Assembly (NCBI RefSeq): GCF_024700885.2
Contig: NZ_CP117016.1
Direction: 5' to 3' (one strand)
Length of the DNA: 64,000 nucleotides
Origin: Escherichia coli
Lineage (GTDB): Bacteria; Pseudomonadota; Gammaproteobacteria; Enterobacterales; Enterobacteriaceae
Shown here piece after piece: positions 22,611 through 36,016 of this stretch. How positions within the stretch are numbered: the first letter of the stretch is position 1; every line of letters begins with the position of its first letter. The notes beneath the pieces are model-generated. The model saw only the letters and a program-made list of their open reading frames with translations. It did not search any database and was not told the origin of the DNA. Both the position numbers and the translations under genes were made by a program.

Positions 22611-23027
22611 ATGGCAAACCCGGAACAACTGGAAGAACAGCGTGAAGAAACACGTTTGATTATTGAAGAATTACTGGAAGATGGCAGCGATCCGGACGCG
22701 CTGTACACCATCGAACACCATCTTTCCGCAGACGATCTGGAAACTCTGGAAAAAGCGGCAGTTGAAGCGTTTAAACTCGGTTACGAAGTGACCGATCCAG
22801 AAGAGCTGGAAGTTGAAGATGGTGACATCGTGATTTGCTGCGACATCCTCAGCGAGTGCGCATTGAATGCCGATCTGATCGATGCCCAGGTTGAACAACT
22901 GATGACGCTGGCGGAGAAATTTGACGTTGAGTACGACGGTTGGGGCACTTACTTTGAAGATCCTAATGGCGAAGATGGCGACGATGAAGATTACGTCGAT
23001 GAAGACGATGACGGGGTTCGCCACTAA
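22611..23027 (+). CDS. rraB: RNase E regulator RraB
   Basis: 138 aa, very acidic. Recognised as YjgD/RraB. Confidence 0.93.
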   Translation: MANPEQLEEQREETRLIIEELLEDGSDPDALYTIEHHLSADDLETLEKAAVEAFKLGYEVTDPEELEVEDGDIVICCDILSECALNADLIDAQVEQLMTLAEKFDVEYDGWGTYFEDPNGEDGDDEDYVDEDDDGVRH

Positions 23028-23072
23028 TTAATTGATTAAAATGCCCGATAGCACACACTAGCGGGCATTTTT

Positions 23073-23576
23073 TTAGAGTTCGCGTAGCATCCGCACTTCA
23101 CAATCGACATGGCCCGTGCAGCCAAGCGCATAGTCGATATGCTCAAAGCCCAAATGCTCATAAAGCGCAATGGCTTCCTTTAAAAAAGCGGTCGTTTCCA
23201 GATAGCAGCGTTTGAAGCCCATCTCTCGTGCCTGCTCCATCGCCATTACGGCCAGTTTTTTCGCTAGCCCTTTACCGCGAATAGCCGGAAGAAAATACAT
23301 CTTTTGCAGTTCGCAAATGTCCGACTCACTCCCGGTTAATGGCGCAATCCCACCGCCGCCGACCACTTCACCCTCGTACTCAACCACCCAATATGCATGG
23401 CCAGGCTGACTATACACTTGATACAGCTCGTCAAGATTCGGATCGGCGACGGTGTAGCCTTTATCAGCGGTAAGACCGTATTCGGCGGATACCTGACGAA
23501 TGACGCGGGCAATAGCAGGATTATCCTGCAGCGTCAGGCGACGCATTACAGGTGATTGCGGCGCAATGTTATTCAT
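23073..23576 (-). CDS. yjgM: GNAT-family N-acetyltransferase
   Basis: 167 aa with the acetyl-CoA motif RGKGLAKKL. Confidence 0.9.
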   Translation of the reverse strand: MNNIAPQSPVMRRLTLQDNPAIARVIRQVSAEYGLTADKGYTVADPNLDELYQVYSQPGHAYWVVEYEGEVVGGGGIAPLTGSESDICELQKMYFLPAIRGKGLAKKLAVMAMEQAREMGFKRCYLETTAFLKEAIALYEHLGFEHIDYALGCTGHVDCEVRMLREL

Positions 23577-23768
23577 AGTTTAACCCAATAAAAATAAAGT
23601 AATTATACATTTGTTTAATACCACTCTCTTCTTACGTGCGCAAGCGTCTTATAAAGCAATAAAGTTTTTGCCAGCCTATTACTGATAAGAGTATTGTAAC
23701 GTGGCAGAACATTTTACTGTCTGTATCTATAAATTATATCAATGGATTTTTTAATTCAGGGAATTTTT

Positions 23769-24965
23769 ATGGCTCAAGTTATTAATGAAATGGATGTTCC
23801 GTCCCATTCTTTTGTTTTTCATGGTACAGGTGAGAGATATTTTCTTATTTGTGTGGTGAATGTGTTGTTAACGATTATAACGCTAGGTATCTATTTACCA
23901 TGGGCATTAATGAAATGTAAGCGTTATCTTTATGCTAATATGGAAGTTAACGGACAACGATTTTCTTATGGAATAACCGGTGGGAATGTTTTTGTTAGTT
24001 GTCTTATTTTTGTTTTTTTCTATTTCGCAATCTTAATGACAGTGTCAGCAGATATGCCGCTTGTTGGTTGTGTTTTGACTTTGTTACTGTTGGTTTTGCT
24101 TATATTTATGGCAGCAAAAGGACTGCGTCATCAGGCCTTGATGACCAGTCTCAACGGCGTAAGATTTAGTTTTAATTGCTCTATGAAAGGGTTCTGGTGG
24201 GTAACCTTTTTCTTGCCGATTTTAATGGCCATTGGGATGGGGACTGTTTTCTTTATCTCGACAAAGATGCTACATGCCAATAGTTCAAGTAGTGTTATTA
24301 TATCTGTGGTTCTGATGGCAATAGTTGGTATTGTTTCCATTGGTATTTTTAATGGTACTTTATATAGTCTGGTAATGAGTTTTCTCTGGAGTAATACCAG
24401 TTTCGGTATACATCGTTTCAAGGTGAAATTAGATACTACATATTGTATAAAATATGCCATTCTCGCATTTTTAGCTTTATTACCTTTTCTCGCTGTTGCT
24501 GGTTATATTATCTTCGATCAAATATTAAATGAGTATGATAGTTCTGGGTATGCAAATGATGATGTTGAGAATTTACAGCAGTTTATGGAAATGCAACGTA
24601 AAATGATAATCGCGCAGTTAATTTATTATTTTGGGATTGCTGTTAGCACCAGTTATTTAACGGTGTCGTTGCGAAATCATTTTATGAGCAACCTGTCACT
24701 GAATGATGGGCGTATTCGTTTTCGCTCAACTTTAACGTACCACGGTATGCTTTATCGCATGTGTGCGTTGGTGGTGATATCCGGGATTACGGGTGGTCTG
24801 GCTTACCCACTGCTGAAAATATGGATGATTGACTGGCAGGCAAAAAATACGTATTTGCTGGGCGATTTGGATGACCTTCCTTTAATCAATAAAGAAGAAC
24901 AACCAGATAAAGGCTTCTTAGCCAGTATTTCTCGGGGAGTTATGCCTTCTTTACCATTTCTGTAA
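23769..24965 (+). CDS. yjgN: DUF898-family inner membrane protein
   Basis: Start at MAQVINEMDV (398 aa). Multiple hydrophobic helices. Confidence 0.85.
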   Translation: MAQVINEMDVPSHSFVFHGTGERYFLICVVNVLLTIITLGIYLPWALMKCKRYLYANMEVNGQRFSYGITGGNVFVSCLIFVFFYFAILMTVSADMPLVGCVLTLLLLVLLIFMAAKGLRHQALMTSLNGVRFSFNCSMKGFWWVTFFLPILMAIGMGTVFFISTKMLHANSSSSVIISVVLMAIVGIVSIGIFNGTLYSLVMSFLWSNTSFGIHRFKVKLDTTYCIKYAILAFLALLPFLAVAGYIIFDQILNEYDSSGYANDDVENLQQFMEMQRKMIIAQLIYYFGIAVSTSYLTVSLRNHFMSNLSLNDGRIRFRSTLTYHGMLYRMCALVVISGITGGLAYPLLKIWMIDWQAKNTYLLGDLDDLPLINKEEQPDKGFLASISRGVMPSLPFL

Positions 24966-24974
24966 GAGATAAAA

Positions 24975-24998
24975 AAGGCCGGAGCATGCTCCGGCCTT
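24975..24998. terminator. bidirectional terminator between yjgN and valS
   Basis: Perfect palindrome AAGGCCGGAGCATGCTCCGGCCTT, flanked by an A-run and a T-run. Confidence 0.7.
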
Positions 24999-25018
24999 CG
25001 TTTTCATCACGGTGTTGA

Positions 25019-27874
25019 TTACAGCGCGGCGATAACAGCCTGCTGTTCAAGCAGCTTCGCTTTCGCTTCCGCATAGCCTTCCAGCTTCTCACGCTCTTTC
25101 GCGATAACCGCTTCCGGTGCACGGGCGACAAAGCCTTCGTTCGCCAGTTTGTTCTCGATACGGCTGATTTCACCTTCGATCTTCGCCACTTCTTTCGCCA
25201 GGCGCGCCAGCTCATCTTCTTTGTTGATGAGGCCAGCCATCGGGATCAGCAGCTCTGCGCCGTCGATGATCTTCGTAACGGAAACCGGACCTTTGTCATC
25301 GGCAGGCAGCACGGTGATGCTTTCCAGACGCGCCAGCGTTTGCAGGAAGCCACGGTTTTCGTTCACTCGACGTTCTGCATCCGCGCTGCAACCACGCAGC
25401 AGCAGCTCCAGCGGTTTGCCCGGCGCGATGTTCATTTCTGCACGGATGTTACGTACAGCAACGATCGCCTGTTTCAGCCACTCGGTGTCGGCCAGTGCGG
25501 CTTCATCAACCTGAGACGCATCGTACTGCGGGAACGGTTGCAGCATGATGGTGTCAGCAGTGATACCGCAAAGTACTTTCACACGCTGCCAGATGGTTTC
25601 GGTGATGAACGGAATGATCGGATGCGCCAGGCGCAGCAAACCTTCCAGTACAGTCACCAGCGTATGGCGAGTACCGCGCAGTTCGGCTTCTGTTCCACCG
25701 TTCATTACCGGCTTGGTCAGCTCCAGATACCAGTCACAGAACTGGTTCCAGGTGAACTCATACAAAATGCCTGCGGCGATATCGAAGCGGAAGCTGTCCA
25801 GCGCTTCGCGGTACGCTTTGATAGTCTGGTTGAACTCCGCCAGAATCCAGCGGTCCGCCAGCGACAGCGTCATTTCACCGCCGTTGAAGCCGCAATCCTG
25901 ACCTTCTGTGTTCATCAGCACAAAGCGGCTGGCGTTCCACAGCTTGTTACAGAAGTTACGGTAGCCTTCCAGACGCTTCATATCCCAGTTGATGTCACGA
26001 CCGGTAGAAGCCAGCGCCGCCAGGGTGAAGCGCAGCGCGTCAGTGCCGTGCGGCTCAATGCCGTTCGGGAACTGTTTCTCGGTGCGCTTACGGATTTTGT
26101 CCGCCAGCTGCGGCTGCATCATATTGCCGGTACGTTTTTCCAGCAGTTCTGGCAGCGAAATACCGTCAACCATATCCAGCGGGTCGATAACGTTACCCTT
26201 GGATTTGGACATCTTCTGGCCTTCGTCGTCACGAATCAGACCGGTCATGTAAACAGTGTGGAACGGCACCTGCGGTTTGCCATTTTCATCTTTGATGAAG
26301 TGCATGGTCATCATGATCATGCGGGCAATCCAGAAGAAGATGATGTCGAAACCAGATACCATCACGCTGGTTGGGTGGAACTGACGCAGGGCGTCGGTAT
26401 TTTCCGGCCAGCCGAGCGTGGAGAAGGTCCACAGCGCGGAGGAGAACCAGGTGTCGAGAACGTCTTCGTCCTGACGCAGGGCAACGTCGGCACCGAGGTT
26501 ATTTTCTTTACGCACTTCGTCTTCATTGCGGCCAACATAAACGTTACCCGCTTCGTCGTACCATGCCGGGATACGGTGACCCCACCACAGCTGACGAGAG
26601 ATACACCAGTCCTGAATATCGCGCATCCAGGAGAAGTACATGTTTTCGTACTGCTTCGGTACGAACTGAATGTCGCCGTTCTCAACCGCTTCAACTGCCG
26701 GTTTCGCCAGTACATCGGCACGCACGTACCACTGGTCGGTCAGCATCGGTTCGATAACCACGCCGCCACGGTCGCCGTAAGGAACGGTCAGGTCGTGCGG
26801 TTTAATTTCTTCCAGCAGGCCGAGTGCATCAACCGCAGCAACGACTGCTTTACGTGCAGCAAAACGCTCGAGTTTCTGGAACTCTGCCGGGATTTCGCTG
26901 GAATAAACGTCAGATTCGTTACCTTTGGTATCGAACACCTGGGCGCTTTCACGGATATCGCCGTCAAAGGTCAGGATGTTGATCATCGGCAGCGCGTGAC
27001 GTTTACCGACTTCATAGTCGTTAAAGTCGTGCGCCGGGGTGATTTTCACGCAGCCGGTGCCTTTTTCCATGTCGGCGTGTTCGTCGCCAACGATCGGAAT
27101 ACGACGGTTAACCAGCGGCAGAATGACATATTTGCCAATCAGATCTTTGTAACGCGGATCTTCCGGGTTAACGGCTACGCCGGTATCGCCCAGTAGGGTT
27201 TCCGGGCGAGTGGTCGCAACCACCAGATAATCTTTACCGTCTGCGGTTTTCGCGCCGTCAGCCAGCGGATAGCGGATGTGCCACATCGAACCTTTCGATT
27301 CGCGATTTTCCACTTCCAGGTCAGAGATAGCGGTACGCAGTTTCGGGTCCCAGTTTACCAGGCGCTTGCCACGGTAAATCAGGTCTTCTTTATACAGACG
27401 AACGAAAACTTCTTTCACCGCATTGGACAGGCCTTCGTCCATGGTGAAGCGTTCACGCTCCCAGTCGACGGAGTTGCCGAGACGGCGCATCTGACGGGTA
27501 ATGGTGCCGCCAGATTCCGCTTTCCATTCCCAGATTTTGTCGATGAAAGCTTCGCGGCCGTAGTCGTGACGGGTTTTACCTTCTTCTGCGGCAATCTTGC
27601 GCTCAACGACCATCTGGGTAGCGATCCCGGCGTGGTCAGTACCGACCTGCCACAGGGTGTTTTTGCCCTGCATGCGCTGATAGCGGATCATGGTATCCAT
27701 GATGGTTTGCTGGAAGGCGTGACCCATATGCAAACTGCCGGTGACGTTCGGCGGCGGGATCATGATGCAGAAACTTTCCTGGCTTTCATCGCCATTAGGC
27801 TTAAAGTAGCCCTGCTTTTCCCAGTGCTCGTAAAGCGGCTGTTCGATATCTTGTGGGTTATATGTCTTTTCCAT
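25019..27874 (-). CDS. valS: valyl-tRNA synthetase
   Basis: 951 aa with the HIGH ([11 protein letters not shown]) and KMSKS motifs. Confidence 0.98.
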   Translation of the reverse strand: MEKTYNPQDIEQPLYEHWEKQGYFKPNGDESQESFCIMIPPPNVTGSLHMGHAFQQTIMDTMIRYQRMQGKNTLWQVGTDHAGIATQMVVERKIAAEEGKTRHDYGREAFIDKIWEWKAESGGTITRQMRRLGNSVDWERERFTMDEGLSNAVKEVFVRLYKEDLIYRGKRLVNWDPKLRTAISDLEVENRESKGSMWHIRYPLADGAKTADGKDYLVVATTRPETLLGDTGVAVNPEDPRYKDLIGKYVILPLVNRRIPIVGDEHADMEKGTGCVKITPAHDFNDYEVGKRHALPMINILTFDGDIRESAQVFDTKGNESDVYSSEIPAEFQKLERFAARKAVVAAVDALGLLEEIKPHDLTVPYGDRGGVVIEPMLTDQWYVRADVLAKPAVEAVENGDIQFVPKQYENMYFSWMRDIQDWCISRQLWWGHRIPAWYDEAGNVYVGRNEDEVRKENNLGADVALRQDEDVLDTWFSSALWTFSTLGWPENTDALRQFHPTSVMVSGFDIIFFWIARMIMMTMHFIKDENGKPQVPFHTVYMTGLIRDDEGQKMSKSKGNVIDPLDMVDGISLPELLEKRTGNMMQPQLADKIRKRTEKQFPNGIEPHGTDALRFTLAALASTGRDINWDMKRLEGYRNFCNKLWNASRFVLMNTEGQDCGFNGGEMTLSLADRWILAEFNQTIKAYREALDSFRFDIAAGILYEFTWNQFCDWYLELTKPVMNGGTEAELRGTRHTLVTVLEGLLRLAHPIIPFITETIWQRVKVLCGITADTIMLQPFPQYDASQVDEAALADTEWLKQAIVAVRNIRAEMNIAPGKPLELLLRGCSADAERRVNENRGFLQTLARLESITVLPADDKGPVSVTKIIDGAELLIPMAGLINKEDELARLAKEVAKIEGEISRIENKLANEGFVARAPEAVIAKEREKLEGYAEAKAKLLEQQAVIAAL

Positions 27875-28317
27875 TATTTCCAGGTTGCCGTATTCAGGTT
27901 GAAACCAGCCACGCGGTAGGCTTTATAGCGTTCGCGCGCCAGTTGTTTCAGAGAATCTTCATAAGGAACGAAGTCTACCACTTCTGTGAAAGCGGTGGCA
28001 AAATCTGCAAAGCTTGTTCGCAGACTAATCAATATATCGCGCGGGCTGCTGCTACGCTTTTGCGGCCAGGCGATCTCCACCGGCGCACCGCCGCGCGGTC
28101 CTTCTCCCGCTAAATTATGCGGAACAAAGCTTTCTGCCGGACGCGCCCACAGGGCTTCATCCAGCCGGTAAGCCTGCTTTTCATCTTCACAGGCGATGAG
28201 CACGCGCTTACCGCTGCGCCAACGTTCTGCGGCAATTTCACACACCAGCTGCTCAACGGCGCTTAAGCCATCGACGGTGGTGTCATTGTCCAGAAGGTAG
28301 AACGTTGCGTTTTTCAT
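27874..28317 (-). CDS. holC: DNA polymerase III chi subunit
   Basis: Start at [11 protein letters not shown] (147 aa). Its stop overlaps the valS ATG in a TAATG arrangement. Confidence 0.93.
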   Translation of the reverse strand: MKNATFYLLDNDTTVDGLSAVEQLVCEIAAERWRSGKRVLIACEDEKQAYRLDEALWARPAESFVPHNLAGEGPRGGAPVEIAWPQKRSSSPRDILISLRTSFADFATAFTEVVDFVPYEDSLKQLARERYKAYRVAGFNLNTATWK

Positions 28318-28358
28318 ATATGGGGCTTCTTGTGGTGGATTTAAATATTGCTGCATTC

Positions 28359-28440
28359 CTCACCCTGAAAGATGAGCAATGAATTTCTATTGCGCTCGAT
28401 CGGTTCCCTCTCCCTTAGGGAGAGGGTTAGGGTGAGGGTA
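28359..28440. repeat. GC-rich interspersed palindromic repeat (box C-like)
   Basis: CCTCACCCT ... CCCTCTCCCTTAGGGAGAGGGTTAGGGTGAGGG. This sequence type recurs in E. coli intergenic regions. The family name is from memory. Confidence 0.5.
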
Positions 28441-28450
28441 AAACGCAAAC

Positions 28451-29965
<1,515 letters not shown>

Positions 29966-30228
29966 CTACGCTCCTGAATCTTAAAGACAACGGCGGTGGC
30001 TACAGATAGAATTGCAAGCTTTCGTAACTCATGTCCGCTGTTGCGATGACTTCGTGTTAATCTTAACGTTATTACGGCATTGGCACGTCAGAACATAATC
30101 TGAGAGGTGAATCCGTTGAGTATAATTATCTTAGCGACGATTTCGACGACTCAAGAGAATAAATGACGTTTAAGCCATGAAACAAGCTAAAATCCTGCAA
30201 AAGACGAGTTTTTACGGGCGTATTTAAA

Positions 30229-31329
30229 GTGATAATCATAAGATATCTGGTGCGGGAGACGCTCAAAAGCCAGCTGGCGATACTCTTCATCTTGCTTTTG
30301 ATCTTCTTCTGTCAAAAGTTAGTGAGGATCCTCGGCGCAGCGGTTGACGGCGATATTCCGGCGAATCTGGTGCTCTCCCTTCTCGGGTTGGGCGTGCCGG
30401 AAATGGCGCAGCTTATCCTGCCATTAAGCCTGTTCCTCGGGCTGCTGATGACGCTGGGCAAACTGTATACCGAAAGTGAAATTACGGTAATGCATGCCTG
30501 CGGCCTGAGCAAAGCGGTTCTGGTGAAAGCGGCAATGATCCTTGCGGTATTCACGGCAATCGTCGCGGCGGTTAACGTGATGTGGGCGGGACCGTGGTCA
30601 TCGCGTCATCAGGATGAAGTGTTAGCAGAAGCGAAAGCGAACCCTGGCATGGCGGCGCTGGCGCAAGGGCAATTCCAGCAAGCGACTAATGGCAGTTCGG
30701 TGCTGTTCATCGAAAGCGTTGACGGCAGCGATTTCAAAGATGTGTTCCTCGCGCAAATTCGACCAAAAGGTAATGCACGTCCTTCTGTGGTGGTGGCCGA
30801 TTCCGGACATTTAACCCAGCTGCGCGACGGCTCCCAGGTCGTCACTCTCAACCAGGGAACGCGCTTCGAAGGCACTGCACTGTTACGTGATTTCCGCATT
30901 ACGGATTTCCAGGATTATCAGGCGATCATTGGTCACCAGGCGGTGGTGCTCGACCCGAACGATACCGACCAGATGGACATGCGCACATTGTGGAACACTG
31001 ACACCGATCGTGCTCGCGCAGAACTGAACTGGCGTATCACGTTGGTATTCACCGTGTTTATGATGGCACTTATGGTCGTACCGCTGAGCGTGGTTAACCC
31101 ACGTCAGGGACGCGTACTGTCGATGCTGCCAGCCATGCTGCTGTATCTGTTGTTCTTCCTGATCCAGACCTCCCTGAAATCGAACGGCGGTAAAGGTAAG
31201 CTGGACCCGACGCTGTGGATGTGGACCGTTAACCTGATTTATCTGGCTTTGGCGATTGTTCTCAACCTTTGGGACACCGTGCCGGTCCGCCGCCTGCGCG
31301 CCAGTTTTTCGCGTAAAGGAGCGGTGTGA
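30229..31329 (+). CDS. lptF: LPS export ABC permease LptF
   Basis: 366 aa starting MIIIRYLVRETLKSQ with a GTG start. YjgP/YjgQ family. Confidence 0.95.
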   Translation: MIIIRYLVRETLKSQLAILFILLLIFFCQKLVRILGAAVDGDIPANLVLSLLGLGVPEMAQLILPLSLFLGLLMTLGKLYTESEITVMHACGLSKAVLVKAAMILAVFTAIVAAVNVMWAGPWSSRHQDEVLAEAKANPGMAALAQGQFQQATNGSSVLFIESVDGSDFKDVFLAQIRPKGNARPSVVVADSGHLTQLRDGSQVVTLNQGTRFEGTALLRDFRITDFQDYQAIIGHQAVVLDPNDTDQMDMRTLWNTDTDRARAELNWRITLVFTVFMMALMVVPLSVVNPRQGRVLSMLPAMLLYLLFFLIQTSLKSNGGKGKLDPTLWMWTVNLIYLALAIVLNLWDTVPVRRLRASFSRKGAV

Positions 31330-32411
31330 TGCAACCTTTTGGCGTACTTGACCGCTATATCGGTAAAACTATTTTCACCACCATCATGATGACACTGTTC
31401 ATGCTGGTGTCGCTGTCGGGCATTATCAAATTTGTCGATCAGTTGAAAAAAGCCGGGCAGGGGAGTTACGACGCGTTAGGCGCAGGAATGTATACCTTGC
31501 TGAGCGTGCCGAAAGATGTGCAGATCTTCTTCCCGATGGCGGCTCTGCTTGGGGCGTTGCTTGGTCTTGGGATGCTGGCGCAGCGCAGCGAACTGGTGGT
31601 GATGCAGGCTTCTGGTTTTACCCGTATGCAGGTGGCGCTGTCGGTGATGAAAACCGCCATTCCGCTGGTCTTACTGACGATGGCGATTGGTGAATGGGTC
31701 GCGCCGCAGGGCGAGCAGATGGCGCGTAACTACCGTGCGCAGGCGATGTACGGCGGCTCGTTGCTCTCTACCCAGCAAGGTTTATGGGCGAAAGATGGCA
31801 ACAACTTCGTCTACATTGAGCGGGTTAAAGGTGACGAAGAGTTAGGTGGCATCAGTATTTATGCCTTTAACGAGAATCGTCGTCTGCAATCCGTACGCTA
31901 TGCCGCTACCGCGAAGTTTGACCCGGAACATAAAGTCTGGCGTCTGTCGCAGGTTGATGAATCTGATCTGACCAATCCGAAACAGATCACCGGTTCGCAG
32001 ACGGTGAGCGGCACCTGGAAAACCAACCTCACGCCGGACAAACTGGGCGTGGTGGCGCTGGACCCGGATGCACTCTCCATCAGTGGTTTGCACAACTACG
32101 TGAAGTATCTGAAGTCGAGCGGTCAGGATGCCGGGCGTTATCAGCTCAACATGTGGAGCAAAATCTTCCAGCCGCTATCCGTGGCGGTGATGATGCTGAT
32201 GGCGCTGTCGTTCATCTTTGGCCCACTGCGTAGCGTACCGATGGGTGTGCGTGTGGTCACCGGTATTAGCTTCGGTTTTGTCTTCTACGTACTGGACCAG
32301 ATCTTCGGCCCGCTGACGTTGGTTTATGGCATCCCGCCGATCATCGGCGCACTGTTGCCAAGCGCTAGCTTCTTCTTAATCAGCCTGTGGCTGTTAATGA
32401 GAAAATCGTAA
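31329..32411 (+). CDS. lptG: LPS export ABC permease LptG
   Basis: Start at MQPFGVLDRYIGKTIF (360 aa). Overlaps the lptF stop. Confidence 0.95.
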   Translation: MQPFGVLDRYIGKTIFTTIMMTLFMLVSLSGIIKFVDQLKKAGQGSYDALGAGMYTLLSVPKDVQIFFPMAALLGALLGLGMLAQRSELVVMQASGFTRMQVALSVMKTAIPLVLLTMAIGEWVAPQGEQMARNYRAQAMYGGSLLSTQQGLWAKDGNNFVYIERVKGDEELGGISIYAFNENRRLQSVRYAATAKFDPEHKVWRLSQVDESDLTNPKQITGSQTVSGTWKTNLTPDKLGVVALDPDALSISGLHNYVKYLKSSGQDAGRYQLNMWSKIFQPLSVAVMMLMALSFIFGPLRSVPMGVRVVTGISFGFVFYVLDQIFGPLTLVYGIPPIIGALLPSASFFLISLWLLMRKS

Positions 32412-32425
32412 CCGAATGAACGAAT

Positions 32426-32453
32426 AAAGGGAGCGAAAGCTCCCTTTATTATT
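32426..32453 (+). terminator. lptG terminator
   Basis: AAAGGGAGC-GAAA-GCTCCCTTT hairpin followed by a T-rich tail. Confidence 0.75.
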
Positions 32454-32571
32454 GTTAGCATAGTGTGCTTCGTTCATTTATGAAAAATCATTAAAATTCA
32501 ATATATTGCAGTGGTGTGGGCATAATAAGACGCGCCAGCGTCGCATCAGGCAAAGACAAATCGCACCTGGC

Positions 32572-34074
32572 TTACCTTTTTCTCCCCCCCAGCAAACTCC
32601 CCAACATTCCACGCACAATCTGATTCGTCACCTGGCGGGCGGCGCTTTTCGCCATTGTTTGCACAACACCATCTTTCTTCCCGCCGCGTGGTCCGGTAGT
32701 GCCGAACAAAATATCCTTCAATCCACCAAGAATGCCGTCATCTACCGCTACCTCTTTCCCTTTCGCGGGGGGATTATTTTGCTGCTCGGTGCTTGCCTGT
32801 ACGCCTTTTTGCAACATCTCATAGGCGGATTCCCGGTCCACGTCATCCTCGTACTTGCCATACACCGGAGAGTGATTAATCAAGCCATTACGCTCATCTT
32901 CCGTCACCGGTCCCATCCGCGAACAAGGCGCAATCACCATCGCCCGTTCCACCACAGAAGGACTTCCTTTTGCATCGAGAAACGAGATTAACGCCTCGCC
33001 GGTCCCCAGTTCCTGGATTGCCTTTTCCGTATCAAATGCAGGGGTGGGGCGCATGGTTTGCGCCGCAGCTTTTACCGCTTTCTGATCTTTGGGCGTAAAA
33101 GCACGCAAAGCGTGTTGAACGCGATTACCGAGCTGGCCGAGCACATTATCTGGAATATCAGACGGGTTTTGCGAAACGAACCAGACGCCCACGCCTTTTG
33201 AGCGAATAAGCCTTATCACCTGCTCAATCTTATCCAGCAGTACCTGCGGGGCATCGTTAAATAGCAGATGTGCCTCGTCGAAGAAAAACACCAGTTTTGG
33301 TTTCTCCAGATCGCCCGCTTCCGGCAATTGTTCATACAACTCTGAAAGCATCCACAGCAGGCTGGCGGCGTACAGTTTCGGCATCTGATAAAGTTTCTCG
33401 GCGCTGAGGATATTGATAACGCCTTTACCGTTGGCATCGGTGCGCATCCAGTCTTTGATATCCAGCATCGGCTCACCAAAGAAGTGTGCTGCGCCTTGCT
33501 GTTCCAGCGACAACAGCCCGCGCTGGATGGCACCAACCGATGCGCTACTGATATTTCCGTACTGATTCTGGAAGGATTTGGCGTTATCGCCGATGTACTG
33601 GGTAATTGCCCGCAGATCTTTAAAGTCGAGCAGTAACAGCCCCTGATCGTCAGCAATGCGGAAAATGATATCCAGCACGCCAGATTGCACATCGTTGAGA
33701 TTCAACAGTCGCGCCAGCAACAGCGGTCCCAGATCCGAAACCGTCGCCCGCACCGGATGGCCTTTCTCGCCAAAGATATCCCACACCACCACCGGATTGG
33801 CATGCGGTTGCCAATCATTGACGCCGATATTTTTAAGCCTTGCGAGCAGTTTTTCCGACGCCGTTCCTGCCTGCGCGATACCGGTCAGATCGCCTTTCAC
33901 ATCAGCCATAAACACCGGCACGCCGATTTCCGACAATGACTCTGCCAGTTTTTGCAGCGTAACGGTTTTACCCGTCCCCGTTGCGCCGGTAATCAGCCCG
34001 TGACGGTTCGCCATTCCCGGCAGTAAAAACAGTTCTGTGTCCGGCGTGCGGGCAATTAACAGGGGTTCGCTCAT
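32572..34074 (-). CDS. yjgR: DUF853-family P-loop NTPase
   Basis: Start at [12 protein letters not shown] (500 aa) with Walker A GATGTGKT. Confidence 0.9.
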   Translation of the reverse strand: MSEPLLIARTPDTELFLLPGMANRHGLITGATGTGKTVTLQKLAESLSEIGVPVFMADVKGDLTGIAQAGTASEKLLARLKNIGVNDWQPHANPVVVWDIFGEKGHPVRATVSDLGPLLLARLLNLNDVQSGVLDIIFRIADDQGLLLLDFKDLRAITQYIGDNAKSFQNQYGNISSASVGAIQRGLLSLEQQGAAHFFGEPMLDIKDWMRTDANGKGVINILSAEKLYQMPKLYAASLLWMLSELYEQLPEAGDLEKPKLVFFFDEAHLLFNDAPQVLLDKIEQVIRLIRSKGVGVWFVSQNPSDIPDNVLGQLGNRVQHALRAFTPKDQKAVKAAAQTMRPTPAFDTEKAIQELGTGEALISFLDAKGSPSVVERAMVIAPCSRMGPVTEDERNGLINHSPVYGKYEDDVDRESAYEMLQKGVQASTEQQNNPPAKGKEVAVDDGILGGLKDILFGTTGPRGGKKDGVVQTMAKSAARQVTNQIVRGMLGSLLGGRKR

Positions 34075-34203
34075 GAGATTTCCTCCAGTTTCCTGCCTGG
34101 AGTATAGGCAACGGCTGCGCACTCTTCACCGCTAAATTCAGCAGATTGCGAGACGCCTTCCAAAGAGATTTAAGTGCCGGGCGACAGGCACCCGGCAAAG
34201 GGA

Positions 34204-35223
34204 TCAGAAGTCGGCTTTCAGGACCACTCGGTAGCGCGCTTTACCATCGCGTACATGCTGAATGGCGTCGTTAATTTTCGACATCGGGAACAATTCGGTA
34301 GTCGGCGCAACCTTGCTGCGGGCGGCAAAGCGCATCAGCTTACGCAACTCATAAGGCGTGCCGGTAGCAGAACCAGAGACGCTGCGGTCGCCCGCAATTA
34401 ACGTAAAGGCCGGAACAGACAGCGGCGTGAGAACCGCACCGACCGTATGGAAATTACCGCCGTACGTCAGCGCTTCAAAATAAGGCTGCCAGTCGAGGCT
34501 GACGTTGACGGTGTTGATAATGAGATCAAACTGCCCCGCCAGTGCTTTCAGTGCCTGCGGATCGCGGCTATTCACCACTTTATCGGCACCCATCGCCAGT
34601 ACTTCCTGCTCTTTCGCCGGATTCGAACTAAAGGCTGTCACCTCGCATCCCATTGCGTGCAGAAGTTTTATAGCGATATGCCCCAGCCCGCCAATACCAA
34701 TTACCCCAACGCGGCTGGTGGCAGTGATATGGTGCATTAACAGTGGTTTGAAGACCGTGATACCACCGCACAACAGCGGCCCGGCGGACTCGATATCAAT
34801 ATTTTCTGGCAGTGGAATCACCCATTGCCAGTCCGCACGCAACTTCTCGGCAAAGCCACCGCGATTCATAATCGTCGGCACCGCACCTTGCTCACAGTTG
34901 ATCTGATTACCGCTAATACAGGCATCGCAATGCCCGCAGCTACGCGCCGTCCAGCCAATCCCGACACGCTGACCGACCTGCAAACCTTTATCCTGCGCGG
35001 CGCTCCCGAGCGCCACCACGCGACCAATCACCTCATGCCCGGCAACCAGCGGATATTGTGAAAATCCCCATTCGTTATCGATCATCGACAGATCGGAATG
35101 GCAGATCCCGCAGTAATCCACCTGCACTTCAACATCTTGTGGCTTCAGTTCACCGGGATCGTACTCATAAACTTCCAGTTCGCCGCCTGCTTCTTTTGCG
35201 GCATAGCTTTTTATCATCGACAT
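34204..35223 (-). CDS. ahr: NADPH-dependent aldehyde reductase (Zn-ADH family)
   Basis: Start at [14 protein letters not shown] (339 aa) with the GHEVIG and CGICHSD motifs. Confidence 0.93.
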   Translation of the reverse strand: MSMIKSYAAKEAGGELEVYEYDPGELKPQDVEVQVDYCGICHSDLSMIDNEWGFSQYPLVAGHEVIGRVVALGSAAQDKGLQVGQRVGIGWTARSCGHCDACISGNQINCEQGAVPTIMNRGGFAEKLRADWQWVIPLPENIDIESAGPLLCGGITVFKPLLMHHITATSRVGVIGIGGLGHIAIKLLHAMGCEVTAFSSNPAKEQEVLAMGADKVVNSRDPQALKALAGQFDLIINTVNVSLDWQPYFEALTYGGNFHTVGAVLTPLSVPAFTLIAGDRSVSGSATGTPYELRKLMRFAARSKVAPTTELFPMSKINDAIQHVRDGKARYRVVLKADF

Positions 35224-35360
35224 TTTTTGGTCCTTCTCTGGTGTTGTCTGGGAAGTGTAGAGCATGGCAGGGCGGGGTGCCTGGAGTGTGACAAAGGTTA
35301 CACATCGCTGTATGCAATGCTGAAAATTTCAGCACTTAGCGAGGTGCGAGCAAGCTGGCG

Positions 35361-35389
35361 CTTGCATGGTGGCGTGCGACAGGTATAAT
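35361..35389 (+). promoter_or_regulatory. leuX promoter
   Basis: CTTGCA (-35), a 17-nt spacer, then TATAAT (35384-35389), about 30 nt upstream of the tRNA 5' end. Confidence 0.6.
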
Positions 35390-35418
35390 CCACAACGTTT
35401 TCCGCATACCTCTTCAGT

Positions 35419-35503
35419 GCCGAAGTGGCGAAATCGGTAGACGCAGTTGATTCAAAATCAACCGTAGAAATACGTGCCGGTTCGAGTCCGGCCTTCGGCA
35501 CCA
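35419..35503 (+). tRNA. leuX: tRNA-Leu (CAA), complete, 85 nt with encoded CCA
   Basis: GCCGAAGTGGCGAAATCGGTAGACGCAGTTGATTCAAAATCAACCGTAGAAATACGTGCCGGTTCGAGTCCGGCCTTCGGCACCA. It has a long variable arm and anticodon loop TTCAAAA. Confidence 0.97.
35479..35503 (+). repeat. direct repeat copy 1 (att core inside leuX 3' end)
   Basis: GGTTCGAGTCCGGCCTTCGGCACCA, identical to 41077-41101. Confidence 0.95.
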
Positions 35504-36016
35504 AGTCACTAAATTCCTTACAATACAGGTAGTTAGACAATAAAATCTGTCTCTTTTGCCTGTAAGAAATGCTCTGTTATGTCCCTTGAAAAAGCCGCTG
35601 TGGTTGATAGTGGTAATTGGGATGTTAACTCATAGCGGCGTGTAGTTCCAAGCGTCAAACACGTACTGACTCAACTTGAAAGCTATGACGTAGCCACTGT
35701 CTCTAAACAATCCCAAAAACTTTTAGTGAAGCGCATTTTAGCCCGATGCCCCCGTTCTGCCGCTGTCGCGAGACGCCGCAGGGGATAAACAGGTTTATGG
35801 TGGTCACGGTACTTGCAGACCATATGCAAGCTCTGCCAGCGGTTCGGCCTCGCTCCCCTTGGGTACATGGTCATCCTGATAAGCCTCACTAACTGACATA
35901 ACTGTGATGTAGTCGCCAGAGGCTCCGCTTGTTGTCTTACCACCAACGGGGCTTTATGGATTCTATTGCGGTATGTTTGAAAGTGCGCGGGGGTTCATTC
36001 CCGCGCGTCCGGCGCT

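Noticed and set aside
32506-32991. A 161-aa plus-strand ORF at the lptG-yjgR boundary.
   Set aside because: It is mostly antisense to the yjgR 3' end. It is His/Arg/Pro-rich and starts in a REP-containing intergenic region.
35683-35946. An 87-aa minus-strand ORF just after leuX. Also the ORFs 37272-37565(-), 37605-37835(+) and 37613-37858(-) in the large intergenic region.
   Set aside because: They have no convincing RBS and give Arg/Pro/Cys-rich, implausible translations. They overlap one another in GC-rich DNA, where random ORFs are expected. They are treated as non-coding, although the region itself is flagged as interesting.
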